DNA from: an uncultured Acidobacteriota bacterium
Lineage (GTDB): Bacteria; Acidobacteriota; Thermoanaerobaculia; Multivoradales; UBA5704
Direction of reading: 5' to 3'
Length of the DNA: 64,000 bases
Assembly (NCBI GenBank): GCA_963700145.1
Contig: OY969474.1
Location: forward strand, 4,448,001 to 4,512,000
Shown here: piece after piece, positions 27,978 to 38,819 of the stretch
How the letters are laid out: each line of letters opens with the position of its first letter
Position numbering within the stretch: position 1 is the stretch's first letter
Notes under the pieces: model-generated
What the model was told of the DNA's origin: nothing
Databases searched by the model: none
Seen by the model: only the letters and a program-made list of their open reading frames with translations
Position numbers and translations under genes: made by a program

Positions 27978-30872
27978 TCACGAAGTGCCGGTTTGAGCCG
28001 GCGCCTCGGCAAGGCGCCGCTCGAGCCAGGCGACCTCCCGCTCGCGGCGGCCGTAGCCGCAAGCGCGGACAAGCTCGCCAGCGCGGTCGAGGTGGCGGCG
28101 GGCGGCGGCGAGGTCGCCGGTGGCGAGATGGAGGCGGGTCCACTCCAGGTGAGCGTCGGCCTCGAAGAGGCGCATCGAGCCGCGCTCGGTGATCTCTTGG
28201 GCCTCGCGGAGGTCGGCCGCGGCGGCAGGGAAGTCGGCGGCCAGGCGGCGGAGGGCGGCGCGGGCGAGGAGGCCATGTGCGAGATAGTCCTCCTGGCCGG
28301 CCTGCCGCAGCCCGTCAACGGCCCGGTCAAGGTGCTCCGCGGATTGGCGGAAGTCCGGCGACGTGGCGGGCGTCGTCAGCGCCAGACCGAGGTGAGCGCG
28401 GCCGAGGGAAAGGTGATCGAGGGCGATGTCGATTACCGAATCGCTCGGAAGACGCCAGTTGAAGAACTGCTCAGCCCGCTCCCGCACCTTCTCGGCAGCC
28501 TCCCGGTACCGCGCTTCCACCCCCTCCAGCCCCGCCCCGTCCTCCGGCTCCGCCCAGCCGAGCAGGAGGTCGCAGTACCGATAGCCCTGGAACGAGTAGA
28601 GCCGCGGATACTGCGGCTGCATCTCCGCCTGCATCGTCTCGGCCTCGCGGAAGGCCGCCGCGCTCTCCTCCCACCGGCCCGCCTGGTGCAGGGCATCGGC
28701 CAGCGTCGTCCGATTGATCATCCGCTGGCCGGCATCGCCGCTGCGGTCGGCCAGCTCGACGCTCTCCTCACCGGCCGCCACGGCGTCGGCCACCTCGCCC
28801 AGGGTGAGGGTCAACTCGCTGAAATTGCTGGCGGAGATGGCGGCGTTCTCCCAGTTCTTCTCGGCGATGCGGGCCTCCAACCCCGCCCGCATCGGCTGGA
28901 CCGCTTCCGGCAGGCGCCCCAGGGCGCGAAGGTCATAGCCGGCCTCGTTCAAGAGCCACGCCCGGTCCTGCGCGGTAAGCCGGGTGGACGGCTGGTCCCA
29001 GGGACGATCGAAGAAGGCGGCCAGGGCCGTCAACTCGGCGCCGAGGGCCCCGAGCTTCCTCGTGCTGAAGAACTCGTTCCCGCGCATGATCCGCTGCTTA
29101 TACACCTCGTCGCATGCTCCCTGCTCCCGTCCCGCCCGACAGCCATGGACCACCGCGACGTAGAGCGGCAGCATCGCCGCGAGGGTCTCCGGATACTCCG
29201 GCGCCGCCTTCTTGTAGTGCTCATAGAGCCGCTCGTTCCCCGCCCGCCATGCCTCCGGCGCCTCCTGCCGCAACCGCTCCCCGAAGTGCTCGCGCACGAG
29301 CGGATGGGCGTCGAGGGCGCCCTGATCCCGGACGTCGCCGTCCTCGGACGCCGCCACCAGCCGCGCCTGCCGCAGGCGCGCCAGGGCGAGGTTCCACGCT
29401 TTTCCCTCGCCAGCGCCGATCCCCTCCGTCAGCACCGGGATCGCCGGCGCCGCCCGCAGCGCCGCGAGCGCCTTGGCCTCGGCCGGCCGGTCGAAGAGCC
29501 CGAGCAGGCGGAGCACCTGGAGCTCTGGGCCCGATCCGAACCACCGCTCGTAGGAGGCCATCACGTTCTTGGCGTGCTCGCCGCCCTCGATCCCCTCGTC
29601 GAGCACGGCGGCCTCCCAGCGCCGGCGGACGTCGCCGCCGCAGACGTCCCGCAGGTAGGTGCCGAGGAGAGTCAGGGCCAAGCCGTGACCCCGGAGCTCC
29701 TCCGACGCCGCCCGCAGCTCCTTGTCCGAGCCCTCGACCCCGAGCCTCTTCAGCAGCTCCGCCCCGGCCGGCGCCGGCAGCTCGTCGAGGTCCACCGCCT
29801 CCACCTCCGCGCGTCCGGCGACGTCGGTCACCGCCAGGCGGCTGGTGATGACGCAGAGCCCGGGGTTCTCCGCCGCCAGCTCCTTGACCAGCGCCTGCAC
29901 CGCCGGGTCCTTGATCCGCCCGGTCTGCGCACCCGGCGGGTGCTGGAGCGGCTCAAGTCCGTCGAGCACCAGGAGCGTCCGCGCTTCGCGGACAAGTCCG
30001 GCGAGCACCTCCCCCTTCTTCCACGGCGAGGTGATCGGCTCGCCCTTGTAGCCCAGCCAGTCGAGCGCGTACTCGCTGAACGCTTCGCTCGAGGCCCCGG
30101 CAGCCTGGGTTCCCTGGCTGTAGAACGACCACCCGAGCACCCTCTCCGCCCCCCGCCAGCCGTCTCGCTGCATTCCATCGAGCCAGCGGTTCACCAGCGC
30201 CGACTTCCCGGCCCCGCCCAGAGCGACGAAGCTGATGACATTGGTGTCGCCTGCCCAGGCGGCGTCGAGGTGGGCGAGCTCGTCTTCGCGGGCGACGAAA
30301 GTCGGGCCGGTCGAGGGGAGCTTGGCGGTTGAGATGCGCGGCGGCGCCGGTGCTGCCTTGGGGCGGCTTCGCGGAGGCCGCTCTCGCACGGGGCCCACCG
30401 GCGGCTCTACTACATCGGGCTGATCCGTCAGGCGGCGAAGGAGCGCGTCGTAACCTTCTGCGGTGGCAACCCTGTACTTCGGAAAATCACGGAGGAACAC
30501 GGGGATGTGCTCGGCGTCCGACGCATCGAAGATGACGGGGATGAACTTCGTGTTGCGCAGGGCGGCCTCGTAAAGCGCTTGGCTGATGATCGCGCCTTCC
30601 CAGGCCACGCCCAGCCCTTTGCCCGGCTCCTCTCGCCTGCGGAGCCGCCGCTCGTACGTGTCCGTCGCCACCACTAGTACGAAGTCGGCCGCGTCAATCT
30701 GATCCTCCATCCAGAGCCGCCAGCCCTGTTCAGGGACGACTACATACAGATCGAGGCGAGCGTCTAGCCCGTCGCCACGCAACCGATCCGCCAACCCGAG
30801 CACGCGCTCGCCATGGGCGGGGTTGCCCGCCTCATGGGCATAGCTGATGAACACCCTCGCCGACCGCGCCAT
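27978..30872 (-). CDS. SEFIR/TIR-STAND NTPase-TPR protein (NLR-like)
   Basis: VFISYAHE...GWRLWMEDQIDAADFVLVV...GVAWEGAII (SEFIR); Walker A GGAGKS, Walker B LLVLDGLE; C-terminal TPRs. Confidence 0.88.
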   Translation of the reverse strand: MARSARVFISYAHEAGNPAHGERVLGLADRLRGDGLDARLDLYVVVPEQGWRLWMEDQIDAADFVLVVATDTYERRLRRREEPGKGLGVAWEGAIISQALYEAALRNTKFIPVIFDASDAEHIPVFLRDFPKYRVATAEGYDALLRRLTDQPDVVEPPVGPVRERPPRSRPKAAPAPPRISTAKLPSTGPTFVAREDELAHLDAAWAGDTNVISFVALGGAGKSALVNRWLDGMQRDGWRGAERVLGWSFYSQGTQAAGASSEAFSEYALDWLGYKGEPITSPWKKGEVLAGLVREARTLLVLDGLEPLQHPPGAQTGRIKDPAVQALVKELAAENPGLCVITSRLAVTDVAGRAEVEAVDLDELPAPAGAELLKRLGVEGSDKELRAASEELRGHGLALTLLGTYLRDVCGGDVRRRWEAAVLDEGIEGGEHAKNVMASYERWFGSGPELQVLRLLGLFDRPAEAKALAALRAAPAIPVLTEGIGAGEGKAWNLALARLRQARLVAASEDGDVRDQGALDAHPLVREHFGERLRQEAPEAWRAGNERLYEHYKKAAPEYPETLAAMLPLYVAVVHGCRAGREQGACDEVYKQRIMRGNEFFSTRKLGALGAELTALAAFFDRPWDQPSTRLTAQDRAWLLNEAGYDLRALGRLPEAVQPMRAGLEARIAEKNWENAAISASNFSELTLTLGEVADAVAAGEESVELADRSGDAGQRMINRTTLADALHQAGRWEESAAAFREAETMQAEMQPQYPRLYSFQGYRYCDLLLGWAEPEDGAGLEGVEARYREAAEKVRERAEQFFNWRLPSDSVIDIALDHLSLGRAHLGLALTTPATSPDFRQSAEHLDRAVDGLRQAGQEDYLAHGLLARAALRRLAADFPAAAADLREAQEITERGSMRLFEADAHLEWTRLHLATGDLAAARRHLDRAGELVRACGYGRREREVAWLERRLAEAPAQTGTS

Positions 30873-30966
30873 TCGGAGGTTCTCCAGCATTGAGCGTAGC
30901 ACTGGCGCTTACCGCTCACCGCTCATGGAAGAATCACGACCGCCGTCATTCCCGGAGGACTCCCAT

Positions 30967-31395
30967 ATGGCTACACCGAACATCGCCGCGAAGTGGATCA
31001 GTTGGGCCCCGCGGCTCCTCAGTGTGCTCCGCATCGTGGCCGCGTTCATCTTCATCCCGTCGGGCACGATGAAGCTCTTCGCCTTCCCGGCGGGGATCCC
31101 CGACGGCGGCACCGTGCCGTTGCTGTCGCAGATGGGGATCGGCGCCCTCATCGAGGTCGTCGGCGGCGCCTTGCTCCTCGTCGGGCTCTTCACGCGCCCC
31201 GTCGCGTTCATCCTGAGCGGCGAGATGGCGGTGGCCTACTTCCAGTTCCACTCTCCGCAGAGCTTCTGGCCGACCATCAACCAGGGCATCCCCGCGGCGC
31301 TCTTCTGCTTCGTCTTCCTCTACATCTCCTCCGCCGGCCCGGGACCTTGGAGCCTGGACGCGGCGCTGAGGAAGAAAGCCCCGCCGCCTGCATGA
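30967..31395 (+). CDS. DoxX family membrane protein
   Basis: LRIVAAF, GLFTRPVAFILSGEMAVAYF, GPGPWSLD. Confidence 0.9.
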   Translation: MATPNIAAKWISWAPRLLSVLRIVAAFIFIPSGTMKLFAFPAGIPDGGTVPLLSQMGIGALIEVVGGALLLVGLFTRPVAFILSGEMAVAYFQFHSPQSFWPTINQGIPAALFCFVFLYISSAGPGPWSLDAALRKKAPPPA

Positions 31396-32861
31396 CGGAC
31401 CTCTCCGCGCCCGTCGCGCCCGTGCCCTCGGCTGTCGGCGAGCTGCCCGTTCCGGCGGCGCCGCCGGAGAAGCGTCGCTACGACCGCTCGATCGTCGAGG
31501 GCCCGCTACGGCCCGCGGTGTGGAAGATCGCCTGGCCGACGATGCTGACCAACATCGTCGGCGGGCTCCAGGGCATCGTCGATCACGTGCTGGTGGGGAA
31601 CCTCGTCGGCTTCACGGCCAACGCGGCGATCGGCGTCGCCTGGCAGATCTTCCTCATCGTCATCATCTTCATCACGTCGCTGTTCACCGGGATGAGCGTG
31701 CTCGTGGCCCGGTTCGCCGGGGCCGGCGACGAAGACAAGGTCAACCGCACCGTCTACCAGGCGTTCCTGACCGCCATCGGGATCTCGCTCGGCATCATGG
31801 CGCCGATCGGTTACTTCCTGTCGCCGTGGCTGCTCGATCTGGTGAACGCCGCGCCCGCGGTGCAGGCGGAAGCGCTGCCGTTCCTGCGCATCATGTTCGT
31901 CTTCAGCAGCGGCATGCTGGTCTACTTCATGCTGAGCGGCGCCCTGCGCTCCGCCGGCGACGCGCGGACCCCGATGATCCTCGGCGTCACCATGACGGTG
32001 CTGAACGTGGTGCTGAACGTGGCGCTGATCCGCGGGCTGGGCCCGATCCCCGCGTTCGGCACCGCGGGCGCGGCGATGGGAACGGCGATCGCGTCCGGGC
32101 TGGTCGCCGTCTACGCGCTGGTCAAGCTCTGGACCGGCGGCTGGGTCGTCGCCTTCCCGCGCGGCCGCGCTCTCCGCCCGGACTGGGCGATCATCAAGGC
32201 GCTCTTCCGCTTCGGGCTGCCGACCGGCATCCAGGGCATCGCCATGAACGTCGGCGGCGTGCTGCTGCTCGCCTTCATCGGTTCGCTGGCGCAGAGCGCG
32301 GCGGCGCAGGCGGCCTTCGCCGTCTCCTATACCCAACTCTTCTCGCTGATCACCTGGACGTCGGTGGGGCTGATGGGCGCCGCGGCCGCGGTCGCCGGCC
32401 AGAACCTCGGCGCCGGCCAGCCGGACCGCGCCGCCCAGGCCGTGCACATCGCGGCGCAGTTCGGCCTGCTCGGCGCCGCCTGCGTCGGCGTCTTCTTCTT
32501 CTTCTTCCCCGAGCAGCTCCTGGCGATCTTCGGCATGAACGAGCCCGTCGTCGTCGGGATCGGCGTCGAGCTCCTGCGCGTCCTCAGCGTCTCGGGCCTC
32601 CTCATCGCCGTTGCCCTCACCTACACCGGCGGGCTCCAGGGCACCGGCGACACCAAGAGCCCGCTCTACATCTCGATCGTCTCGCAGGTCGTCGTGCCGC
32701 TCGGCATCTGCTTTGTGATCCAGCGGATGGGCCGGCTCGACCCGCTCGACATCTGGCTGGCGATCCTCTTCGGCCACGCCACGCGCTGCGTCCTGAGCGT
32801 GCTGCGCTTCAACCAGGGCCGCTGGCGCGCGATCGAAGTCAGTATCGACCGCTCGCGATAG
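31392..32861 (+). CDS. MATE family efflux transporter
   Basis: IAWPTML, GALRSAGDARTPM, GQNLGAG, GTGDTKSP; about 12 TM segments. Confidence 0.92.
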   Translation: MTDLSAPVAPVPSAVGELPVPAAPPEKRRYDRSIVEGPLRPAVWKIAWPTMLTNIVGGLQGIVDHVLVGNLVGFTANAAIGVAWQIFLIVIIFITSLFTGMSVLVARFAGAGDEDKVNRTVYQAFLTAIGISLGIMAPIGYFLSPWLLDLVNAAPAVQAEALPFLRIMFVFSSGMLVYFMLSGALRSAGDARTPMILGVTMTVLNVVLNVALIRGLGPIPAFGTAGAAMGTAIASGLVAVYALVKLWTGGWVVAFPRGRALRPDWAIIKALFRFGLPTGIQGIAMNVGGVLLLAFIGSLAQSAAAQAAFAVSYTQLFSLITWTSVGLMGAAAAVAGQNLGAGQPDRAAQAVHIAAQFGLLGAACVGVFFFFFPEQLLAIFGMNEPVVVGIGVELLRVLSVSGLLIAVALTYTGGLQGTGDTKSPLYISIVSQVVVPLGICFVIQRMGRLDPLDIWLAILFGHATRCVLSVLRFNQGRWRAIEVSIDRSR

Positions 32862-32868
32862 GCCGGCG

Positions 32869-35067
32869 GTGAGTCCCCCCCTCGTCGGCGGGCTGCCGCC
32901 GGTGCTCTTCGGGGTCGACCTGCCGCGCGAGGGCGACCTGTGTGCCGGGGGAGAGATCGAGGTGGCGGGCTGGGCGCTCGGCACCGGCTCCGCCGTCGCG
33001 TCGGTGGAGGTGCGGGTGGACGGCGAGGCGAGCTGCCTCCTGCCGGTCGGTGAGGTCCGCCTCGATGTCGCCATGTCTGTCGCGCTCCCCGGCGCCGCCG
33101 TCTCCGGCTGGCGTGGGCGCGCGGCGCTGCCGGCGGACGGTGGCGGCGAGGTCGCGTTCGTGGCGCGGCTGGCGGACGGCAGCGAGCACCCCTTGGCGAC
33201 CCGGCGAGTGCGGCGCGTCGAGGGCACGTCGGGGGTCCGCCTCGAGCCCCCCGTGGACGGCGCCGTACCGCGCGGCCTGCTCGGTCTGCGCGCGTGGTCC
33301 GCGCACCCGGTGCGCGAGCTGCGGGCGAGCGTCGACGGCGAGGTGGTCGCGACGCGGCGCGTGGCCGGCGAGCCTCCGCCCTGGGCGCTGGAGGTGGGTC
33401 TCGAGGGGATCGCGGGCGATCGTGCACGCCTGTGCGTCGTGGGCGTCGATGCGGCGGGGGAGCCGACGCCGCTCCTGTTCGACGCGACCTTGCCCCTGCG
33501 GTCCCTAGCGCCGGAGGAGGGCTGGCTCGGCGGGATCGACGTCTGTTGCGTGATGGAGGGGGGCGTGCTCCTCGTTCAGGGGTGGGTCTGCTGCCGCGCC
33601 GCGGAGGTCGCACGCGTCGAGATCTCCGCGAACGACCTGCCGCTGGGCCGCGCGCAGCTCGGGGCGCCGCGGCCCGACGTCGCCGATCGGCTGGCGCTGG
33701 CCGACGCGCCGGTCGCGGGGTTCGAGATGATGGAGCCTCTGCCGGAGCGAGCGGGGGGCGAGTTGATGCTGGTCGTCGCCGCGATGAACCTGCGCGGCGA
33801 GCGCTGGACGATCTCCCGGCGCCTGAGCTCGGCGCCGGCCACGGTGCCGGGAGCGGCAGTCGGCGCCGGTGAGAGGGGCACCGCGGGTCGCGGTCGCTCG
33901 CGATCCGCGGGCGGCGGGCGCGGTGTCCGCCGCGTCCGCGTCTACGCCCACGCCTTGAGCTACGGCGGCGCGCAGCTCTACCTGCACGAGCTGCTGCGCC
34001 GGCTGCTGCCGCTCGGCTCCCTAGAAGTCACCTTCGTCGCCCCGGCGGACGGGCCGCTGCGCCAGAGGACGGAGGAGCTCGGCATCGCGGTGGAGATCTG
34101 CGGTCCCTACCCGCGTCACGGCGGCGACGAGCGCGCGGAGTGGATGCGGCGCGAGGGGGAGCGGCTGCGCGCCGCGGGCTGCGACGTCGTGCTCGTCAAC
34201 TCCCTCGGCAGCTTCGCCCCCGTCGAGCTGGCGCAGGAGCACGGGCTGCCGACGGTCTGGGCGATCCACGAGAGCTTCCCCTTCGAGGTGTTCTGCGCGC
34301 TGTCGCGGATCGAAGGCGAGGCGCGCGAGCAGTTCCGCGCCGCGCTCGGCGGCGTCACCGTCGCCGTTTTCGTGGCCGAGGCGACGCGAGCGCTCCTGGC
34401 GCCGCAGGTGGCGCCCGGCCGGGCGCGGGTGATCCGCTACGGCGTCGACACCGCCGCGATCGCGGCCTTCACCGCCGGCTTCGACCGCGCCGCCTTCCGG
34501 CGGCGCCATGGCATCGGCGAGCAAGACCGCGTGATCCTCTGCGTCGCCAGGACCGAGCCGCGCAAGGGCCAGGCGCGCCTCTGTCAGGCGTTCCGGCTGC
34601 TCGATCGCCAGCCGACCCCGACCCATCTGGTGCTCCTGGGCGACACCGGGAACCCGTACGCCGCGATGGTACGGGAGGCCCTGGCGCGGCGGCCGCCGGC
34701 CAACCCCGTGCACCTGCTACCGCTGACCCCCGACGTGCTCCCCTGGTACGCCGCCGCCGACTTCGAGGTGCTGGCCTCCGACCTGGAGTCGATGCCCCGC
34801 TCCACGATCGAGGCGATGGCGGCGGGTGCGGTGGTGGCGGCCACGGCGGTGTTCGGCGTGCCCGAGCTGATCACCGACGGCGTCGACGGCCTGCTCTGCG
34901 AGCCTAACGACCTGCGCAGCCTCCACGACCTGTTGCTGCGGCTGCTCGCCCTGTCGCCGGAGCGGCGGGCGGCGATCGCCGAGGCCGGGCGGCAGCGGGT
35001 GCTGCGGCACCACGACTCAGCGGGCTACGCCGCCGAATACCACCGGCTGCTGCTGGCGCTCGCGTAG
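32869..35067 (+). CDS. GT4 glycosyltransferase with N-terminal Ig-like repeats
   Basis: LSYGGAQLY, VARTEPRKG, ESMPRSTIEAMAAG, GVPELITDGVDG. Confidence 0.85.
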   Translation: MSPPLVGGLPPVLFGVDLPREGDLCAGGEIEVAGWALGTGSAVASVEVRVDGEASCLLPVGEVRLDVAMSVALPGAAVSGWRGRAALPADGGGEVAFVARLADGSEHPLATRRVRRVEGTSGVRLEPPVDGAVPRGLLGLRAWSAHPVRELRASVDGEVVATRRVAGEPPPWALEVGLEGIAGDRARLCVVGVDAAGEPTPLLFDATLPLRSLAPEEGWLGGIDVCCVMEGGVLLVQGWVCCRAAEVARVEISANDLPLGRAQLGAPRPDVADRLALADAPVAGFEMMEPLPERAGGELMLVVAAMNLRGERWTISRRLSSAPATVPGAAVGAGERGTAGRGRSRSAGGGRGVRRVRVYAHALSYGGAQLYLHELLRRLLPLGSLEVTFVAPADGPLRQRTEELGIAVEICGPYPRHGGDERAEWMRREGERLRAAGCDVVLVNSLGSFAPVELAQEHGLPTVWAIHESFPFEVFCALSRIEGEAREQFRAALGGVTVAVFVAEATRALLAPQVAPGRARVIRYGVDTAAIAAFTAGFDRAAFRRRHGIGEQDRVILCVARTEPRKGQARLCQAFRLLDRQPTPTHLVLLGDTGNPYAAMVREALARRPPANPVHLLPLTPDVLPWYAAADFEVLASDLESMPRSTIEAMAAGAVVAATAVFGVPELITDGVDGLLCEPNDLRSLHDLLLRLLALSPERRAAIAEAGRQRVLRHHDSAGYAAEYHRLLLALA

Positions 35068-35122
35068 CTCGAGGAAGATGCGGAGCGTCAGAGGTACGAT
35101 CCACGCCGGGAGGTGAACCCGC

Positions 35123-35572
35123 ATGGCCACCGACGCCAACAAGGAGCTCGCGGCGGAGCTCTTCGCCCGCATCAGCGCCAACGACGTCCCCGGCGCCCTC
35201 GACACCCTCGCCGACGACGCCACCTGGTGGATCGCCGGCAAGCCCGACGCCCAGCCCGCCTCCGGGATGCACGACAAGGCCTGGATCGCCGGTCTCTTCC
35301 ACCGCATGACGAGCCAGCTCGACGGCCCGATGCGGATGACGGTAAAAGGTCTCGTCGCCGAGGGCGACAAAGTCGCCGCCGAAGTCGAGGGCCACGGCAC
35401 CCTGCGCGACGGCCGCCGCTACGACCAGGAGTATCACTTCGTCATGACGCTCCGCGACGGCAAGATCTCCACCGTCCGCGAGTACCTCGACACCCAGCAG
35501 GTCTACGCCACCTGGTTCGCGCGCCCCGAACAGCCGGCGACTGCGATGCCGGAGGTCGCCGCGCGACCCTGA
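35123..35572 (+). CDS. SnoaL/NTF2-like protein
   Basis: LADDATWW, VAEGDKVAAE, DGKISTVREYLDT. Confidence 0.88.
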   Translation: MATDANKELAAELFARISANDVPGALDTLADDATWWIAGKPDAQPASGMHDKAWIAGLFHRMTSQLDGPMRMTVKGLVAEGDKVAAEVEGHGTLRDGRRYDQEYHFVMTLRDGKISTVREYLDTQQVYATWFARPEQPATAMPEVAARP

Positions 35573-36087
35573 GACGCCTTCCGATCAATTCCCCGTTGCC
35601 CCCGTGGTCCTGGGTGCCAGGCGCCTATTTTTAGGGGCGCGGCGAGCCGGCCCGAGCTCGTACTGGATGTCGTCGAGGAGTTTCACCACCCCCCGGGTTG
35701 TGGTAGATCGAAGCCACCAGCCGAAGCCACCGCTCAGTCGAGCCCTAGGGGTGACGAGACGAGACAGAGGCCGAGGCAGCCTTACCGCTGGAAGTCGTAA
35801 GCGACCTTCGGACTGATCGCCAAGCGCCTAAACCAAAGCCGGTATTCCAAGGTCAACGGCACCGAATTGACCACGGCAGCCTCCTGGTCGAGAGCCGTCG
35901 AGCCTTCTACGGGCGTGCACTTCCGGGCTTTCTTGCCGTCTTCGTATTTGCGCTGGGTAGAAAGGCTAGCGGTCCACCGCGACGATTGAAAAACACGGAA
36001 GTGGCGCCGCGGCGGGAGTGCAGAGGCTCGTGTGCGCTCAGCGCTTCACACCATACCCCGGTCGTCGCCCCCGAAGGCCCTTTCGCC

Positions 36088-38578
36088 TCAGCGAGGAGCG
36101 GAGGGACAGGGAGGCGCCGGCGCTGGCGGCGCCGCGGGCCTCAGCTCCCAGATGCCGCGGCCGAAAGTGGCGATCCGGAGAAGGCTCGAGTCGGGCGAAA
36201 CGTCGATATCCGTCACGCTGACGAGCGGCAGCCGAGCGCCTAGCCGAGTCCAATGTTCGCCGTTGTCCTGCGAGCGATAGAGCCCCAGGTGAGTGCCGGC
36301 ATAAGAGGGTGCCTTTCCTGCCGGGATCTCCGACGACGACGTTGACGGGCGCGCCGGTGGGGAAGCTCCCGCGATCGATGGGCCGCCAGCTCTTGCCGCC
36401 GTCTTGGGAGCGCCACAGGTGGCTCGCCTTCTCGTCGGGCGCCTGGGAGGCGACGTAGATCGTCTTCGGATCGAGCGGGCTGAAGCTGATGGCGCTCAGG
36501 AAGCCGCGGCTTCCCGGCAGCGCTGCGGCGGGGTTCCAGGAGCTCCCTCCGTCGTCGCTCAGGAGCACGGATCCGTCGTGGATCAGCGCACCCATTTTCA
36601 GGGAGTCCGATGCGGCGACGGCGAGGCCTTGGATCCTGCTCGTCAGGCCGGCGCCCGGGAGCTTGTTCCACCGGCTCCCGAAGTCGGTCGACTTGTAGAC
36701 CGCCTCATTCACAAAGGTCAGCACGACGTCGTCGCCTTCCCGAGGCGAGGGGACGATCCGGGTGACGAAGGGAGCGGTTTTGCTGTTTCGAGCCTCGACG
36801 ATGTCAGAGCCGCTGAAGAGCATCGTCTTGCCGCAATCCTCGGACTTGTAGATCTCGGTGAAGTAGAGCGATGCCAGCAGCCGGTTGGGATTGCGCGGAT
36901 GGACGGCGACGTCGAAGCCGTCCGCCAGCAGCCGCTGTGGGAAGACGGAGCCGCCTTTCAATCGCACGCGGGTGCCGTTGTCCTGCAATCCCGCGGCGAT
37001 GACATTCGAGCCTTCCGCCGCGCTGATGGAATAGATCATATGGGTGGCGAGCCCCAGGTTCTCCTGAGTGGAGATGGGGCCGCCTCCTTTCGGCAGCTTG
37101 GCCACGCCGCCGTCGGTACCGATCCACAGATTCCCTTGCCCGTCGAAGGCGGCGGTGTGAAAGTCCGCGTGCACATAGGGTAGACCTCCCTCCGCGTACC
37201 AATCCGAGAGGAGGCGGTAGGTCTTGCCGCCGTCCGCGGTTCGCACCAGGTTGGATTGTCCGGCGAAGTAGACGACATCCGGGTCGTCGGGATCGACGAT
37301 CACCAACTGATCGTAGATGCCCTGCGGGTCCAGCAGAGGATCGTCGTCGGGAGGCCCGAAGAGGCTGCCCAGCCTCTTCGCCGACGGAATGGGATTGTCC
37401 ATGGGGACACCCGCCACCTGCAGCGGCGAGAAGGACTCGCCGCCGTCGGTGGACTTCGCGATGTCGCGGAACATCCCTCGATCATCGGCCGCCAGGGCAT
37501 AGACGATCCGAGGATCCTTGGGTGCCACTCCCAGGCTGATCCGGCTCATCGGCCCCAGTGTCTCCAGCCCCTTGGCGGGCTTCCAGCTCCTGCCGTCGTC
37601 GGTGGAGAAGAAGACGCCGGCGCCGTCGCCCTCCCGTTCCTCCTGCGCGAAGTTTCTGCCCACGGTCAGGAGAAGCTTGCCTCCCGGGATCCACGCGAGG
37701 TCCCGCACGGTCTCCGCGCCGTGAACAAGCGGCAGGGTGACGCTGGAAAATCTCTTGCCGTTGGCGGAACGAAAGAGGCCCGCGTCGGTGCCGGCCAGGA
37801 CGATCGCCGGCTTCTCGGGGTGGACGAGGATCGAGGTGACCTTTCGGGAGTTTCCCAGGAGGGTCGGACGGGTCCAGGTCTTGCCGCCGTCGGCCGACGT
37901 CACAATGCCGCGTCCGGTGCCGCCGCGGAGTCTCTCTCCGACGTCGCCGAGGCCGAGAAAGAGGGTCGCCGGAGTCGTGCGGGTGTCCAGGGCGACGGCG
38001 CCCACGGCCAGGCTGGGGAAGGAGTCGATGTCGGTCAGGGAGCACCACGAACGGCCGCCGTCGGTGGTCTTCCACAGGCCGCCTTCGGCGGCGGCCAGGA
38101 AGAGGGTATTCGGCGCGCCGGGTTGGGCGATGATCTGACTGACGCGGCCGCTGTCCACCGCATCGATCTTCTTGGCGACGGGTGTCCCGTCGGGGTAGGT
38201 CACGTTCATCTCGAGGCCTCCCTCCGTCGGCCCGAGATTGATCCAGGCCGGCTCCGGCGGCTCAAGCTCCGCCGGCGCCCGACCTTGAAGACGGTTGCCG
38301 CGCAAAGTCGAGGGAGCGAGGCGAAGCTTGTCCGCGAAGATCTCGCGCTGCTCCTGCGCCACCTCGAACAGGAATTGCAGATACTCAGGGGACCAGGAAT
38401 CGTCAGACCGCTGGCCTTCGAAGCGTCGCCCCACCTCGCGCTCCGCGCTCAGCCGCTTGGCCTCCGCCTCGGACACCTGCTGCGGGCTTTCGGCAGGAGG
38501 TGCCGCGAGGCATCGATCCGCCGGGCTCACGAGCGCTGCGGCGAGCACGAGGATGGGGAAGCAGCGGGAGCGGTTCAT
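36088..38578 (-). pseudogene. Secreted BNR/Asp-box beta-propeller with one-base frameshift near 36303
   Basis: Removing one T restores LYAGTHLGLYRSQDNGEHW...ATFGRGIWEL to a stop at 36088; the span is 3n+1. Confidence 0.75.
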
Positions 38579-38798
38579 GAGGCGAATCTAGCTTGGGCTA
38601 CGGACGGAATTCGATGGCGGCGCCACCATCGCCCTTCCCTCTGTTGTCTTCTCTTCTCGTGACGCGAGTCTCCAGCTAGTACAGACGGACTCATCCAGAG
38701 AGTTCTTCGCGCCCGAGATTCAGCGATCCCGACATCTATCCCTCTTTCGTTCCGCTAAGGCGGGCAAGCTGCTGGTGAAGGAGAAGAAGGTTGGATGT

Positions 38799-38819
38799 TG
38801 GTGGAGCAGAAGGGATTCG
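38799..38819 (-). other. Displaced 3' fragment of tRNA-Ala (or tmRNA): putative attachment site
   Basis: Minus strand CGAATCCCTTCTGCTCCACCA matches tRNA positions 56-76, with U70, A73 and CCA. Confidence 0.7.

Noticed and set aside
27266-28330. ORFs spanning the repeat tract
   Set aside because: Low-complexity translations in several frames, no SD or motifs.
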